A stretch of 64,000 bases of DNA, taken from Thermoplasmatota archaeon (GTDB lineage: Archaea > Thermoplasmatota > E2 > JACPAO01 > JAHFTW01). Position numbers and translations under genes: made by a program. Numbering within the stretch: the first letter of the stretch is position 1; each line of letters opens with the position of its first letter. The stretch covers positions 3,760 through 67,759 of the forward strand of contig JBMYRW010000002.1 of the NCBI GenBank assembly GCA_049602735.1. The letters are read 5' to 3'. Of this stretch, positions 1 through 8,930 are shown piece after piece. The notes under the pieces were generated by a model. The model saw nothing but the letters and a program-made list of their open reading frames with translations. It made no database searches and was not told the origin of the DNA.

Positions 1-1044
1 GTGGCCGGGGACGCCAGGCTCCACGAGGGCCTCAAAGCCATGGGACGCCAGGCGCTCCAGGAGCTTGTGCCAACCGGCGGGACGGGTGCTTTCCCCGGTC
101 GCGTCCCGGCCTTGCTCCTGCGGCCGCTCGTCGCCCCGGGGCTCTTCGCGGTCGGGCGTGGCGCGGCGGCGTCCCGTCTGGATGACGGACTCCGTGACCG
201 TCTCTTGGACCAAGGCGCTGCCGGGCTCAGGGACCTGTCCATAGGCGGAGACGGCGGCTTCCTGGACGAGGGCTCGGGCATGCCCGGAGCGGTCGGCGCG
301 GCCCGCACGCCCTGGCTCCAGGTCGGAGACGCGGCGCACGGGGGCGCGGACGCTGCGGAAGCGGCTCTCCATCTCATGGATGAGGCGGCGGTGCTCGGCC
401 TCCTTGCGGCGCTCGCGCGCCTCCTTCTCGGCCTGCAGGCGCCGCTTGCGCTCTTCGCTCGTGAAGCGGTCGCGCAGGTCCTGGAAGAAGAGGGCCGGAT
501 CGAGTCGGACGTCATCCTGGGCGGCGACCAGGTGGACCGCCTGCACCGCGGCGAGGCGGCCGTCGAGGTCCGGGCCCAGCGCATCGGCCAAGGCATCGAG
601 CTGCGCGTCGCTGACGGCACCCACAGTGGGGGCTTCGATGTGGACGCCGAGGCGGGTGAGCTTGCGGGGATCTTGGGGGTCCCTGTAGACCAGCGTGGGC
701 AGCTCGTCGCCGAGGCGCTGACGCAGGGCGGTCGCCTGGCGGGCATCGAAGGCCATCCGGCGGGCCATCAAGGGCTCGAGAACAGATGGCGGGACCGCGT
801 GGGCGCGCCGCGCGCCGAGCAGGAGCACCTGGTCCAGTTGGCGCGTGTTGGCGGGCTCCACGAACTCGACGGCCCGCTCCAGGTCGTTGACCATGTCGGG
901 CTCTTCTTGGGGCACGCGGATCACCAGGACACGCTGGCCGTCGTCGTCCCACAGGCTGGACCCGTACTGGGGCGAGAGCTGCTGCCGCAGTTCGGCCAGG
1001 CGGGCGGCGGGGACGGGTGTGGTTCCCAGGCGGGCCGGGGACAT
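1..1044 (-). CDS. Hypothetical protein, 5' portion only (the C-terminus runs off the left window edge). The listed + ORF 1..1245 is its in-phase antisense frame.
   Basis: Manual translation of the minus strand in phase with + frame 1 gives an open frame from the window start to a TGA at 1150-1152. ATG candidates sit near 1044 and 1071. Composition is protein-like (W, Y, F, K, I, N, M present, e.g. LWDDDGQRVLVIRVPQEEPDMVNDLERAVEFVEPANTRQ), whereas the + ORF has S-N-N antisense composition. The ORF track does not list it because it lacks an in-window stop. Confidence 0.5.
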   Translation of the reverse strand, partial: MSPARLGTTPVPAARLAELRQQLSPQYGSSLWDDDGQRVLVIRVPQEEPDMVNDLERAVEFVEPANTRQLDQVLLLGARRAHAVPPSVLEPLMARRMAFDARQATALRQRLGDELPTLVYRDPQDPRKLTRLGVHIEAPTVGAVSDAQLDALADALGPDLDGRLAAVQAVHLVAAQDDVRLDPALFFQDLRDRFTSEERKRRLQAEKEARERRKEAEHRRLIHEMESRFRSVRAPVRRVSDLEPGRAGRADRSGHARALVQEAAVSAYGQVPEPGSALVQETVTESVIQTGRRRATPDREEPRGDERPQEQGRDATGESTRPAGWHKLLERLASHGFEALVEPGVPGH

Positions 1045-1551
1045 AGGAAGCCCATGGAGGCACGGGCTCATGAACCGTTCCAAGCGACCTCCCGGCGCCA
1101 AAGGGGGACCGATGCCCCCGTCGCCACGGCGCAGCACGCGAACATGGGCTCATGGCCAAGCATCCGATGGGACCACTGGAACCGATGGAAGCCTTCGCCC
1201 GAGCCCCCTTTCTGGAAGGGTGTTCCGAAGAGGGGGACCCCTTGATTTCAACTGCAACAAGAATTCTCTAAGGCAAGAGGTCTGTTCTGTTTCTTGTCAG
1301 GCAAGAGTCCCTGCCTCTTCATGTTCTTCTTCTTCTTCAACTCGCCGAGAGAACAGGGTGGACGTTTCCATGCGGACGCGAACAGCGCTTCTTCGAGGAC
1401 CAGGGTGAAAGGTTCCACGTGAAAAGAAGGGGTCGGGGTCTGGCCCCGCTCGACACCTGCACCTACGACGCTTAGAGTGCGCCGAACGGCCAGGAGGTGA
1501 GGGACGAAGCGTTGCGTGACGCGGACGGAACGACGTCGTGCAACAACGGCG

Positions 1552-3201
1552 CTAGGAACTGGCGCCGGGCAGGCTTCCGTGGACCAGGTCGCCATCGCTG
1601 ATCGTAGCTTCGACCCTCCAGGAGCGGGGCCGCTCGTCCGTATCACCCACGATCACCAGGTCTGCAAGGCAGCCAGGCTCGATGCGGCCAAGATCGGCGC
1701 GGTGGATCGACCAGGCGGCGCGGTCGGTGTAGAAGAAGACCGCTTCCTGCCAGGTGAGGCGTTGGCTCTCGACAGGGTGGTGGACGGCAGCATCGATGCC
1801 ACGCAGGGGGCCGAACGGCATGCCGTCGCTGCCGAATGCGAGCGGGACGCCGGCGGCCAGGAAGTCCCGGTAGCGGTTGTTGAGTTCGACGCGCGCGCCG
1901 AGCCGTTGGCCGTACATCCCCTCCTTGGTGCTCCATTCGCCCACGAAGTTGGGCTGGCAGCTGGCGACGATGCCCAGCTCCGCCGTGAGCGCCACCGCCT
2001 CCGGGTGGGGCAGCTCGTAATGCTCGAAACGGTGGCGCAGGCCGTGCTGCCAGCCTTCGGAGAGGTCCTCCGCAGCGGCAAGGCGGGCGTAGGCGGCCAG
2101 CCCCTGGTCGATGGCGGCGTCGCCGATCACGTGCAGGTGGAGTTGGATGCCGGCAGCGTGGGCCTTGGCCATCATCTGGTCCAGCTGTTCGTCCGTCCAG
2201 TTGCGCTTGCCCCGGTTGCCCGGGTCGTCGGCGTACTCCTCGCGCAGGTAGGCCGTGTTGCCGCCGAAGCTGCCGTCGAGGAAGATCTTCAGGCCGCCGT
2301 CCTGCAGCCAAGCCCCGTCGTCGCGGCCACGCGGCCGGCCCGTGTGGAACGGTTGGTCGGTGCCATCCGCGGCCTCCGCGCTGCCGGGCTTGTTTGCGCC
2401 GGCCACCGCGTCATCCAGGAATTGGGGGTAGATGTTGCTCGCCACGCGCACCGTCAGGTCGCCGCTGGCAGCACCCCGCAGCAGGGCGGCCCGGTAAGGG
2501 GCCTGGCTGTAGTCTCCAAGCGCCGTGACACCGAGGCTGTGGGCCAGCGCGCAGGCGTCCCGCACAGCGGCATCCAGCTCGTCGTCGCTGGAGGGGAGCA
2601 CTTCGTTGAGGTAGAGGCTCGCCTCTTCGTCCAGGCGCCCCGTGGCCAGATCGACCAGGTCGTCACGGTCCCATTTGGCGCGCACGAGGGGCAACGCCAC
2701 ACGGTTGGCGACCGCCGTGTGGCCGCAGATGCGCCGCAGCACGATGGGCCGGTCGGTGCCGACCGCTTCGTCCACTTCGGCCATGGTGGGCAGCCGCGGC
2801 TCGGGCCATCGGGACTCGTCGAGCGCTTCCGCGATCACACCGCCGTCGCCGGGGTTGGCCGCCAGCCACGTCCGCAGGCGCTCGAAGGCGTCCTCCAGGC
2901 TTTCCGCGTGGGCCAGGTCGGGCCGCAGGTTCTTGACGCTGGCGTGCAGGAAGTGCATGTGGGCATCGACGAAGCCGGGCAGCACCCGCGCGCCCCCGAC
3001 GTCCACGATGGCCTCCTCTGGGATCCCGGCCTTCAGGGCCGCAGCGCGCACCTCGTCGTCACTGCCGACCGCCACGATGCGTCCGTCCTTCCACGCCACA
3101 GCGGAGGCTTGGCTGCTGGGGGTCACCATGGTCCACAGGTCGGCGTTCACAAGGGCGCCGGCGGCGCGGCTGATGGGGCTTGAGGCGGACTCTTGGGGCA
3201 C
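1552..3201 (-). CDS. Amidohydrolase-family metal-dependent hydrolase (Amidohydro_3-like)
   Basis: 549 aa. N-terminal 'ALVNADLWTM' followed by the 'VDAHMHF' metal-binding motif, then internal HxH and D motifs typical of the amidohydrolase superfamily. The opposite-strand ORF 1516..3183 has antisense composition. Confidence 0.8.
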   Translation of the reverse strand: MPQESASSPISRAAGALVNADLWTMVTPSSQASAVAWKDGRIVAVGSDDEVRAAALKAGIPEEAIVDVGGARVLPGFVDAHMHFLHASVKNLRPDLAHAESLEDAFERLRTWLAANPGDGGVIAEALDESRWPEPRLPTMAEVDEAVGTDRPIVLRRICGHTAVANRVALPLVRAKWDRDDLVDLATGRLDEEASLYLNEVLPSSDDELDAAVRDACALAHSLGVTALGDYSQAPYRAALLRGAASGDLTVRVASNIYPQFLDDAVAGANKPGSAEAADGTDQPFHTGRPRGRDDGAWLQDGGLKIFLDGSFGGNTAYLREEYADDPGNRGKRNWTDEQLDQMMAKAHAAGIQLHLHVIGDAAIDQGLAAYARLAAAEDLSEGWQHGLRHRFEHYELPHPEAVALTAELGIVASCQPNFVGEWSTKEGMYGQRLGARVELNNRYRDFLAAGVPLAFGSDGMPFGPLRGIDAAVHHPVESQRLTWQEAVFFYTDRAAWSIHRADLGRIEPGCLADLVIVGDTDERPRSWRVEATISDGDLVHGSLPGASS

Positions 3202-3634
3202 GCTGGCCCAGTCGGCTGGTCGCCCATGACGCTTCGGGTCTTGGCCGGCGGTCGCCGTGCGGCACAGCCTGCCACAATCCTACTTGACGGATGGAAACGC
3301 ACGAGCCGTGCGAAGGCGTGCCATGAAGCGTGCTTCAAGCCGCTTTGAAGCAGACCCCCTGGGGCTTCCGTTGGAGGCTTCCAGGAGGTCTGTTACCAAC
3401 TCTGGTTGCATCTGGAGGGGTTTGTTACCAATGCATGGTTAACCCCCACGCGGTATCGAACAACTCCGGGTGGTGGCTCACGCCGCCGCCCGCGTCGCGG
3501 CTGGCCTCACAGTCGGCCGGGATGGGATGCACCTTGGTGGATGATCCCGCGTGGAGAGCCGCGTGCGGGGACACCTTCCCTTCCTCCCATTCCGCTGCCC
3601 TGCCTGACGCCGCCGCCTGTGGAGGCACACGACG

Positions 3635-6600
3635 ATGAGCAAGGACCTGCAACTGGATTTCACCGGCGGCGCCGGCAGCCCGCCCTCCCCCACCTCGGCG
3701 GAGCTGACGGACCTGGGCGCCCCTGAGACGCCGCCCTCTGAAGCCGCCCCGGCCCCCCTGGGCCTGCACGTGGACCGCCATTACACCACGCCGGGCCAGG
3801 ACCCCTATGCGGCGCTCGGCTGGAAGACCCGCAAGTCGGTCATCCAGAACCCGGACGGCTCCGTGGTGTTCCAGGTGGACGCGGCCGAGGTGCCCGACAC
3901 CTGGAGCCAGCTGGCCACCGACATCATCGTCTCCAAGTACTTCCGCAAGGCGGGCGTCCCCCAGGACGACGGCACGACCGGCGGCGAGACCTCCGCAGGC
4001 CAGGTCTGCCACCGCATCGCCACCACGATCCGCTGGTGGGGCGAGGAGCACGGCTACTTCGCCACCGCCGACGACGCCGAGACGTTCGAAGCGGAACTCA
4101 AGCACCTTCTGATCACCCAGCGGGGCGCCTTCAACAGCCCCGTCTGGTTCAACTGCGGCCACGAGCACGTCTACGGCATCCACGGCGGCAGCGGCAACTG
4201 GGCCTACAACGAAGAGACCGGCCAGGTCGAGAAGATCGACAACAACTACGCCCGGCCCCAGTGCAGCGCCTGCTTCATCCAGCGCGTCGAGGACAACCTC
4301 GTCGACGAGAAGGGCATCTTCGACCTGCTGGCCGCCGAGGCCCGCCTGTTCAAGTACGGCAGCGGCACCGGCAGCAACTTCAGCCGCGTGCGCAGCAAGT
4401 ACGAGAACCTCAGCGGCGGCGGCACCTCCAGCGGCCTCATGTCGTTCCTGAAGGTCCTGGACGCCGGCGCCGGGGCCACCAAGAGCGGCGGCACCACCCG
4501 CCGGGCCGCCAAGATGGTCAGCCTCGACATGGACCACCCGGAGATCCTCGACTTCATCACCTGGAAGGTCAACGAGGAGAAGAAGGTGGCAGCCCTCATC
4601 GCCGCCGGCTACGACTCTGACTTCAACGGCGAGGCGTACGGTACCGTCAGCGGCCAGAACAGCAACAACTCCGTGCGCGTGGCGGACGACTTCATGAACG
4701 CGGTCAAGGAGGACGGCGACTGGTCCACCTACCTGCGCACCCGCACGCCCGACGGCAAGCACATCGAGAGCGCCCAACCGGGCCCCCGCCAGGTCCACGC
4801 CACCTACAAGGCCCGCGAGCTGTGGGACAAGATCGGCTTCGCCGCCTGGGCCTGCGCCGACCCTGGCCTCCAGTACGACACCACGATCAACACGTGGCAC
4901 ACCTGCAAGGCGACGGGCAAGATCAACGGCTCCAACCCGTGCAGCGAGTACATGTTCCTCGACGACAGCGCCTGCAACCTGGCGTCGCTGAACCTCCTGC
5001 TCTTCATCGACTCCGAGGGCCGCTTCGACGTGGCCGCCTACCGCCATGCGGTGCGCGTCTTCTTCATCGCCCAGGAGATCCTCGTGGGCTTCAGCAGCTA
5101 CCCGACCCGTGAGATCGCCAAGAACTCCGAGGACTACCGTCCCCTGGGTCTTGGCTACGCCAACCTGGGCGCCCTCCTGATGGTCAGCGGCCTGCCGTAC
5201 GATTCCGAGGGCGGCCGTGCTGTCGCCGGCGCGCTCACGGCGATCCTCACCGGCCACGCCTACCGCGTCTCGGCGGAGATGGCGCAGGTCAAGGGCCCCT
5301 TCCGCGGCATCGAGGTCCAGGATGAGACCGGCCGCACCAACTGGGAGACCATGACCGAGGTCATCGGCATGCACCTGGACGCCGCCCGCCTCCTGCGCGA
5401 GACCGGCAGCCCGCTCCCGCAGATGCCCGGCCTCGGTGGCCCCACCGAGATGGCCCTTGCCCTGGGCGACGGTGGCCCCCTCGCTCGCTTCGCCAACACG
5501 TTCGACGCGGCGGTGGAGGACTGGGAGGCAGCCCTGGAGCTCGGCAAGCGCTTCGGCTGGCGCAACGCCCAGGCGACCGTGCTGGCCCCCACAGGCACCA
5601 TCGGCCTGCTGATGGACTGTGACACCACCGGCGTGGAGCCCGACTTCTCCCTGGTGAAGTTCAAGAAGCTGGCCGGCGGCGGTTACTTCAAGATCATCAA
5701 CCAGAGCGTCCCGGCGGCCCTGGAGAACCTGGGCTACAGCGACGAGGAGATCCAGCTCGTGGAGCGCTACGCGATCGGCCACGGCACCCTCGAGGGCGGC
5801 CCGGTCACCAAGGAGTCCCTCCTGGAGAAGGGCTTCACGGAGGAGCAGTACCAGGAGGCCTACGACGCCGTGGCCGCCAGCGGCTCCTTCAACGAGTGGA
5901 CCCCCGGCATCGACCCCAAGGCGATGCGCGCCGCCGGCTTCAGCAAGCAGGCCGTGGCGGAGCTCGTCGCCTACGTGGAGGGCCACCAGACCGTCGAGGG
6001 CAGCCTCGTCAAGGACGAACACCTGCCCATCTTCGACTGCGCCAACCGCTGCGGCGACGGCGAGCGCTTCATCCACCATGAGGGCCACATCCGTATGATG
6101 GCGGCGGCGCAGCCGTTCATCAGCGGTGCCATCAGCAAGACGATCAACATGCCCAACCAGGTCACCGTGGAGGACGTCCAGGGTGCCTACCAGCTCGGCT
6201 GGGAGCTCGATCTGAAGGCGGTCGCCCTGTACCGTGACGGCTGCAAGCTCAGCCAGCCCCTCAACACCAAGAGCGACAGTGAAGAGGAAGAGGAGGCGGA
6301 AGCCCCCGTCGTGGCGGCCCAGGCGGTCCCGATCCTGGTGGAAGGGCCCAAGCACGGTGAGACAGAGCAGCCTCCTCGTGACAACGACCAGGGCTTCAAG
6401 CGCACCGTGACCATCTACACGGCCCACGGCTCCGAGAAGCTGGACGTGCAGATCTGGGAGTACCCGGACGGCCGCCCCTGCGAGGTCTACGTCGGCGCCC
6501 GCAAGAGCGGCACCCTCACGGACAACTTCCTCAAGGAGATCGGCCGTAACTACAGCCGCCTCCTGCAACTCGGCCTCAGCCTCGATGAACTGACCCGCAA

Positions 6601-7081
6601 GCTCTCCAACGAGCACGGGCCGCTGGGCGGTCAGACCGACCACCGTTACATCAAGAGCTGCCTCGGCGTGCAGGACTTCCTGGGCAAGCTGCTGCGCTAC
6701 GAATACTTCGGCGAGACCGACTTCCTGTCCGTCAAGCCGGACCCCGAAGACCCGAACTACCTCCCCACGCGCCGTGAGGTCCTCGCAATGCTCCGCCTGG
6801 CCAAGCAGCGCCCGGCCACGGAGAAGACCCTGGCGGACTTCGAGGGCGTCGAAGCCGAGGCAACGGCCGCCACGGCGGACGCCGCTGTGGTGGAAGCACC
6901 CGTGGACGACGAAGAGGACGACCTCTCCCTACGCCTCGGCAAGGCCTCCAGCGACCCCAACGACGCCTACGCCAGCATGGGCGGCGACGCTCCGGCGTGC
7001 GACATGTGCGGCCATGTCACCGTGCGCAACGGTGCGTGCTACAAGTGCATGAACTGCGGCAACTCGATGGGTTGCAGCTGA
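3635..7081 (+). CDS. nrdJ: Adenosylcobalamin-dependent (class II) ribonucleoside-diphosphate reductase
   Basis: 1148 aa. Conserved class II RNR core (NSPVWFNCG, ACNL, CSEY-like motifs) and a C-terminal Cys-rich zinc-ribbon tail (CDMCGH..CYKCMNCGNSMGCS). There is an acidic low-complexity insertion (SDSEEEEEAEAP). The large antisense ORF 3425..6643 is spurious. Confidence 0.93.
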   Translation: MSKDLQLDFTGGAGSPPSPTSAELTDLGAPETPPSEAAPAPLGLHVDRHYTTPGQDPYAALGWKTRKSVIQNPDGSVVFQVDAAEVPDTWSQLATDIIVSKYFRKAGVPQDDGTTGGETSAGQVCHRIATTIRWWGEEHGYFATADDAETFEAELKHLLITQRGAFNSPVWFNCGHEHVYGIHGGSGNWAYNEETGQVEKIDNNYARPQCSACFIQRVEDNLVDEKGIFDLLAAEARLFKYGSGTGSNFSRVRSKYENLSGGGTSSGLMSFLKVLDAGAGATKSGGTTRRAAKMVSLDMDHPEILDFITWKVNEEKKVAALIAAGYDSDFNGEAYGTVSGQNSNNSVRVADDFMNAVKEDGDWSTYLRTRTPDGKHIESAQPGPRQVHATYKARELWDKIGFAAWACADPGLQYDTTINTWHTCKATGKINGSNPCSEYMFLDDSACNLASLNLLLFIDSEGRFDVAAYRHAVRVFFIAQEILVGFSSYPTREIAKNSEDYRPLGLGYANLGALLMVSGLPYDSEGGRAVAGALTAILTGHAYRVSAEMAQVKGPFRGIEVQDETGRTNWETMTEVIGMHLDAARLLRETGSPLPQMPGLGGPTEMALALGDGGPLARFANTFDAAVEDWEAALELGKRFGWRNAQATVLAPTGTIGLLMDCDTTGVEPDFSLVKFKKLAGGGYFKIINQSVPAALENLGYSDEEIQLVERYAIGHGTLEGGPVTKESLLEKGFTEEQYQEAYDAVAASGSFNEWTPGIDPKAMRAAGFSKQAVAELVAYVEGHQTVEGSLVKDEHLPIFDCANRCGDGERFIHHEGHIRMMAAAQPFISGAISKTINMPNQVTVEDVQGAYQLGWELDLKAVALYRDGCKLSQPLNTKSDSEEEEEAEAPVVAAQAVPILVEGPKHGETEQPPRDNDQGFKRTVTIYTAHGSEKLDVQIWEYPDGRPCEVYVGARKSGTLTDNFLKEIGRNYSRLLQLGLSLDELTRKLSNEHGPLGGQTDHRYIKSCLGVQDFLGKLLRYEYFGETDFLSVKPDPEDPNYLPTRREVLAMLRLAKQRPATEKTLADFEGVEAEATAATADAAVVEAPVDDEEDDLSLRLGKASSDPNDAYASMGGDAPACDMCGHVTVRNGACYKCMNCGNSMGCS

Positions 7082-7166
7082 GCACCGGGCCCTCCTTCTC
7101 CTTTCCTTCTCCCTGTTTTTGCAACGCCACGGCAACGCCCTTAGCGCGGGCGCCGGCTCAGCGCCT

Positions 7167-7712
7167 ATGCACAGACCACTCGCGCTCCTGGGCCTGCCAC
7201 TCCTGTTGCTGGCCGGCCTGGCCGGTTGCCTGGACGACCAAGAAGCCGGCAGCATCGACGCGGGCGGCGAGGCGGAAGGGCCCGCTGGCGAACGGCTCAC
7301 CGACCGTTCAGAACGCGGCGCCCAACGGGCCAACACGACACGTGAACCCATCCTTCAAGAGAGCATCACAGGACCTGGGAGCGCTCAGGCGACCATCCCG
7401 AACGGGACGTTGTACGTCTTGCTGACCCTGCGGCTTCAGACCCTCGCCGTCTTCCCAGAGATCACGATGACCGGATGTCCCTCCAAATCCCTCACGGTCA
7501 TCAGCTTCAGCGCCCTCGGCGAGATCACCTACACCAGGGAATGCCGGGACCCCGACGTCGGCGGCACGACGATCGAATGGACCTCCTCATCGCCGGTCAT
7601 GCTGGGGACTGTCGAAGCCGTCGCCCACGTCCTGGACGACGCCGCCGAGACGGAACCAGACGGTTCCGACGACGACCAGGCCGACGACGGCGCTTCAAGT
7701 ACCCCACGGTGA
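7167..7712 (+). CDS. Small acidic lipoprotein of unknown function
   Basis: Internal Met begins a signal peptide with lipobox: MHRPLALLGLPLLLLAGLAGCLDD. The mature protein is acidic. Start chosen by residue index within ORF 7119..7712. Confidence 0.6.
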   Translation: MHRPLALLGLPLLLLAGLAGCLDDQEAGSIDAGGEAEGPAGERLTDRSERGAQRANTTREPILQESITGPGSAQATIPNGTLYVLLTLRLQTLAVFPEITMTGCPSKSLTVISFSALGEITYTRECRDPDVGGTTIEWTSSSPVMLGTVEAVAHVLDDAAETEPDGSDDDQADDGASSTPR

Positions 7713-7952
7713 TGCTTCCCGTTGTCGCCTCATGCGACAGGAAGCGAACCACATGACACCCGATGAAGCCCTCCAGAACATGCACGCCCTCGCCTGGACC
7801 CCCGTCAGCAGCCGTGTGCTGAGCGCGCGGCCGACGAAGGCGTGACCACGCGCACAGTTCGGTGAAACCGAACACGCGTCGGCCTTTGCCACGAGCATCA
7901 AACCCCTCAGCGCGTTCTTCGCTTTGCCCACCAAGTGGGCGGAGACAACAAC

Positions 7953-8360
7953 ATGAAGAACGTGATTTGGGCCTTCATGGCCCTCATGGCCCTTGTCGGC
8001 CTGCCGAACGCGAGTGCCGTCAACCCGTATGAGGAAGGCAAGGATGCCTACCAAGAACTACGCAGCCTGTATGGTGGCGGCGGAAACTGCAGTAACTACG
8101 GCGTCGCCGTCAACTCCTACATTTTTTCGGACCCTGATTGCAGCAGTCAGACCTACTACCAACACTGCGATCAGGGCACCGGTGCCGGTGCTGGCGCCGG
8201 AGGCGGCGGAGCAGGGACCGACGTCGGGGCGGAAGCGACTGCCGGCACCCACTGCACTCAATCGAACAACGGTGGCTCTGACCATGAGGTGAAGGACCCG
8301 ACCGCGAGGATCGCGCAGGTTCTCGCTGAAGTCAACAGCGCTCTGAACGACGCGCTCTAG
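7953..8360 (+). CDS. Small secreted protein with a Gly/Ala-rich low-complexity segment
   Basis: MKNVIWAFMALMALVGLPNASA signal peptide with AxA cleavage site. 4 Cys. Locally lower GC. Confidence 0.5.
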   Translation: MKNVIWAFMALMALVGLPNASAVNPYEEGKDAYQELRSLYGGGGNCSNYGVAVNSYIFSDPDCSSQTYYQHCDQGTGAGAGAGGGGAGTDVGAEATAGTHCTQSNNGGSDHEVKDPTARIAQVLAEVNSALNDAL

Positions 8361-8369
8361 GGGAGGGAC

Positions 8370-8903
8370 ATGAAATCCATCATCACGCTGGTCGTTGTCA
8401 GCCTTTTGGCGACGGCGCCCGCTACGGTCGCGGATTCGCAAGAGGCTGCGCCGACTGTGCTTCCTGATGATTGTCGTCTGGACGCGCGGCCCGCCTTTGA
8501 AGGGTTCTTCCTTCGATGCGGTGAAGAGAACAAGGCTTGCGGAGTCTTGGCTCAACCAGCCTGTTGGAGCGTCCGCTTCGTCTGCTGGGGAATCGGCTAC
8601 CAGACTGAAAAAATGCTGTGGACCCATTGTGGGACGCAGCCTGGTTGCTGCGGCAACCTCACGTCGAATCGAGCCTACCCGGCCGCGTCGCCGTGGCAAT
8701 TGCTTCAGCAGAATTGCGACAACTATGGTATCGAGGTCAACCTGGTGGTCGGCAGTCACCCCTGCTATGGGGAGACTTGCAAGAACACCGGTGTTCGGGC
8801 CTCGGTGGCGGTCGCGGGCTCGCATTGCGGCCAGCGGGGCATCACCGTTTGTTTGGCACAGCATTGCAGCGCTGTTCGACCGCCGCCCCCCGTTTCCTTC
8901 TAG
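8370..8903 (+). CDS. Secreted cysteine-rich protein of unknown function
   Basis: MKSIITLVVVSLLATAPATVA signal peptide. About 20 Cys in 177 aa, including CxxC-like spacings. GGGAGG lies just upstream of the ATG. Confidence 0.55.
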   Translation: MKSIITLVVVSLLATAPATVADSQEAAPTVLPDDCRLDARPAFEGFFLRCGEENKACGVLAQPACWSVRFVCWGIGYQTEKMLWTHCGTQPGCCGNLTSNRAYPAASPWQLLQQNCDNYGIEVNLVVGSHPCYGETCKNTGVRASVAVAGSHCGQRGITVCLAQHCSAVRPPPPVSF

Positions 8904-8930
8904 GATAATTCGGGCCTTTCCCTTCTCCTT

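Noticed and set aside
1516-3183. 555-aa + strand ORF overlapping the amidohydrolase gene
   Set aside because: Antisense frame of the amidohydrolase, which carries the VDAHMHF motif. Composition is typical of S-N-N antisense.
6240-6420. Possible intein in the unusually long NrdJ
   Set aside because: The extra segment is an acidic low-complexity insertion (SDSEEEEEAEAP…). It lacks intein block A/B/F/G motifs (no Cys/Ser-start plus His-Asn end flanking a splice junction).
3425-6643. 1072-aa ORF on the minus strand opposite nrdJ
   Set aside because: It has in-phase antisense (S-N-N) composition: G/A/L/V/D/E/R/H/Q-rich with almost no K/N/Y/I/F/W. It has no recognisable motifs, and nrdJ on the + strand has unambiguous homology.
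7713-7934. Hairpin GTTCGG-TGAAA-CCGAAC (~7847-7863) as a structured RNA element
   Set aside because: It is only a 6-bp stem without a following T-tract or flanking conservation. It may simply be a weak terminator for the upstream lipoprotein gene, and is too little on its own to call.
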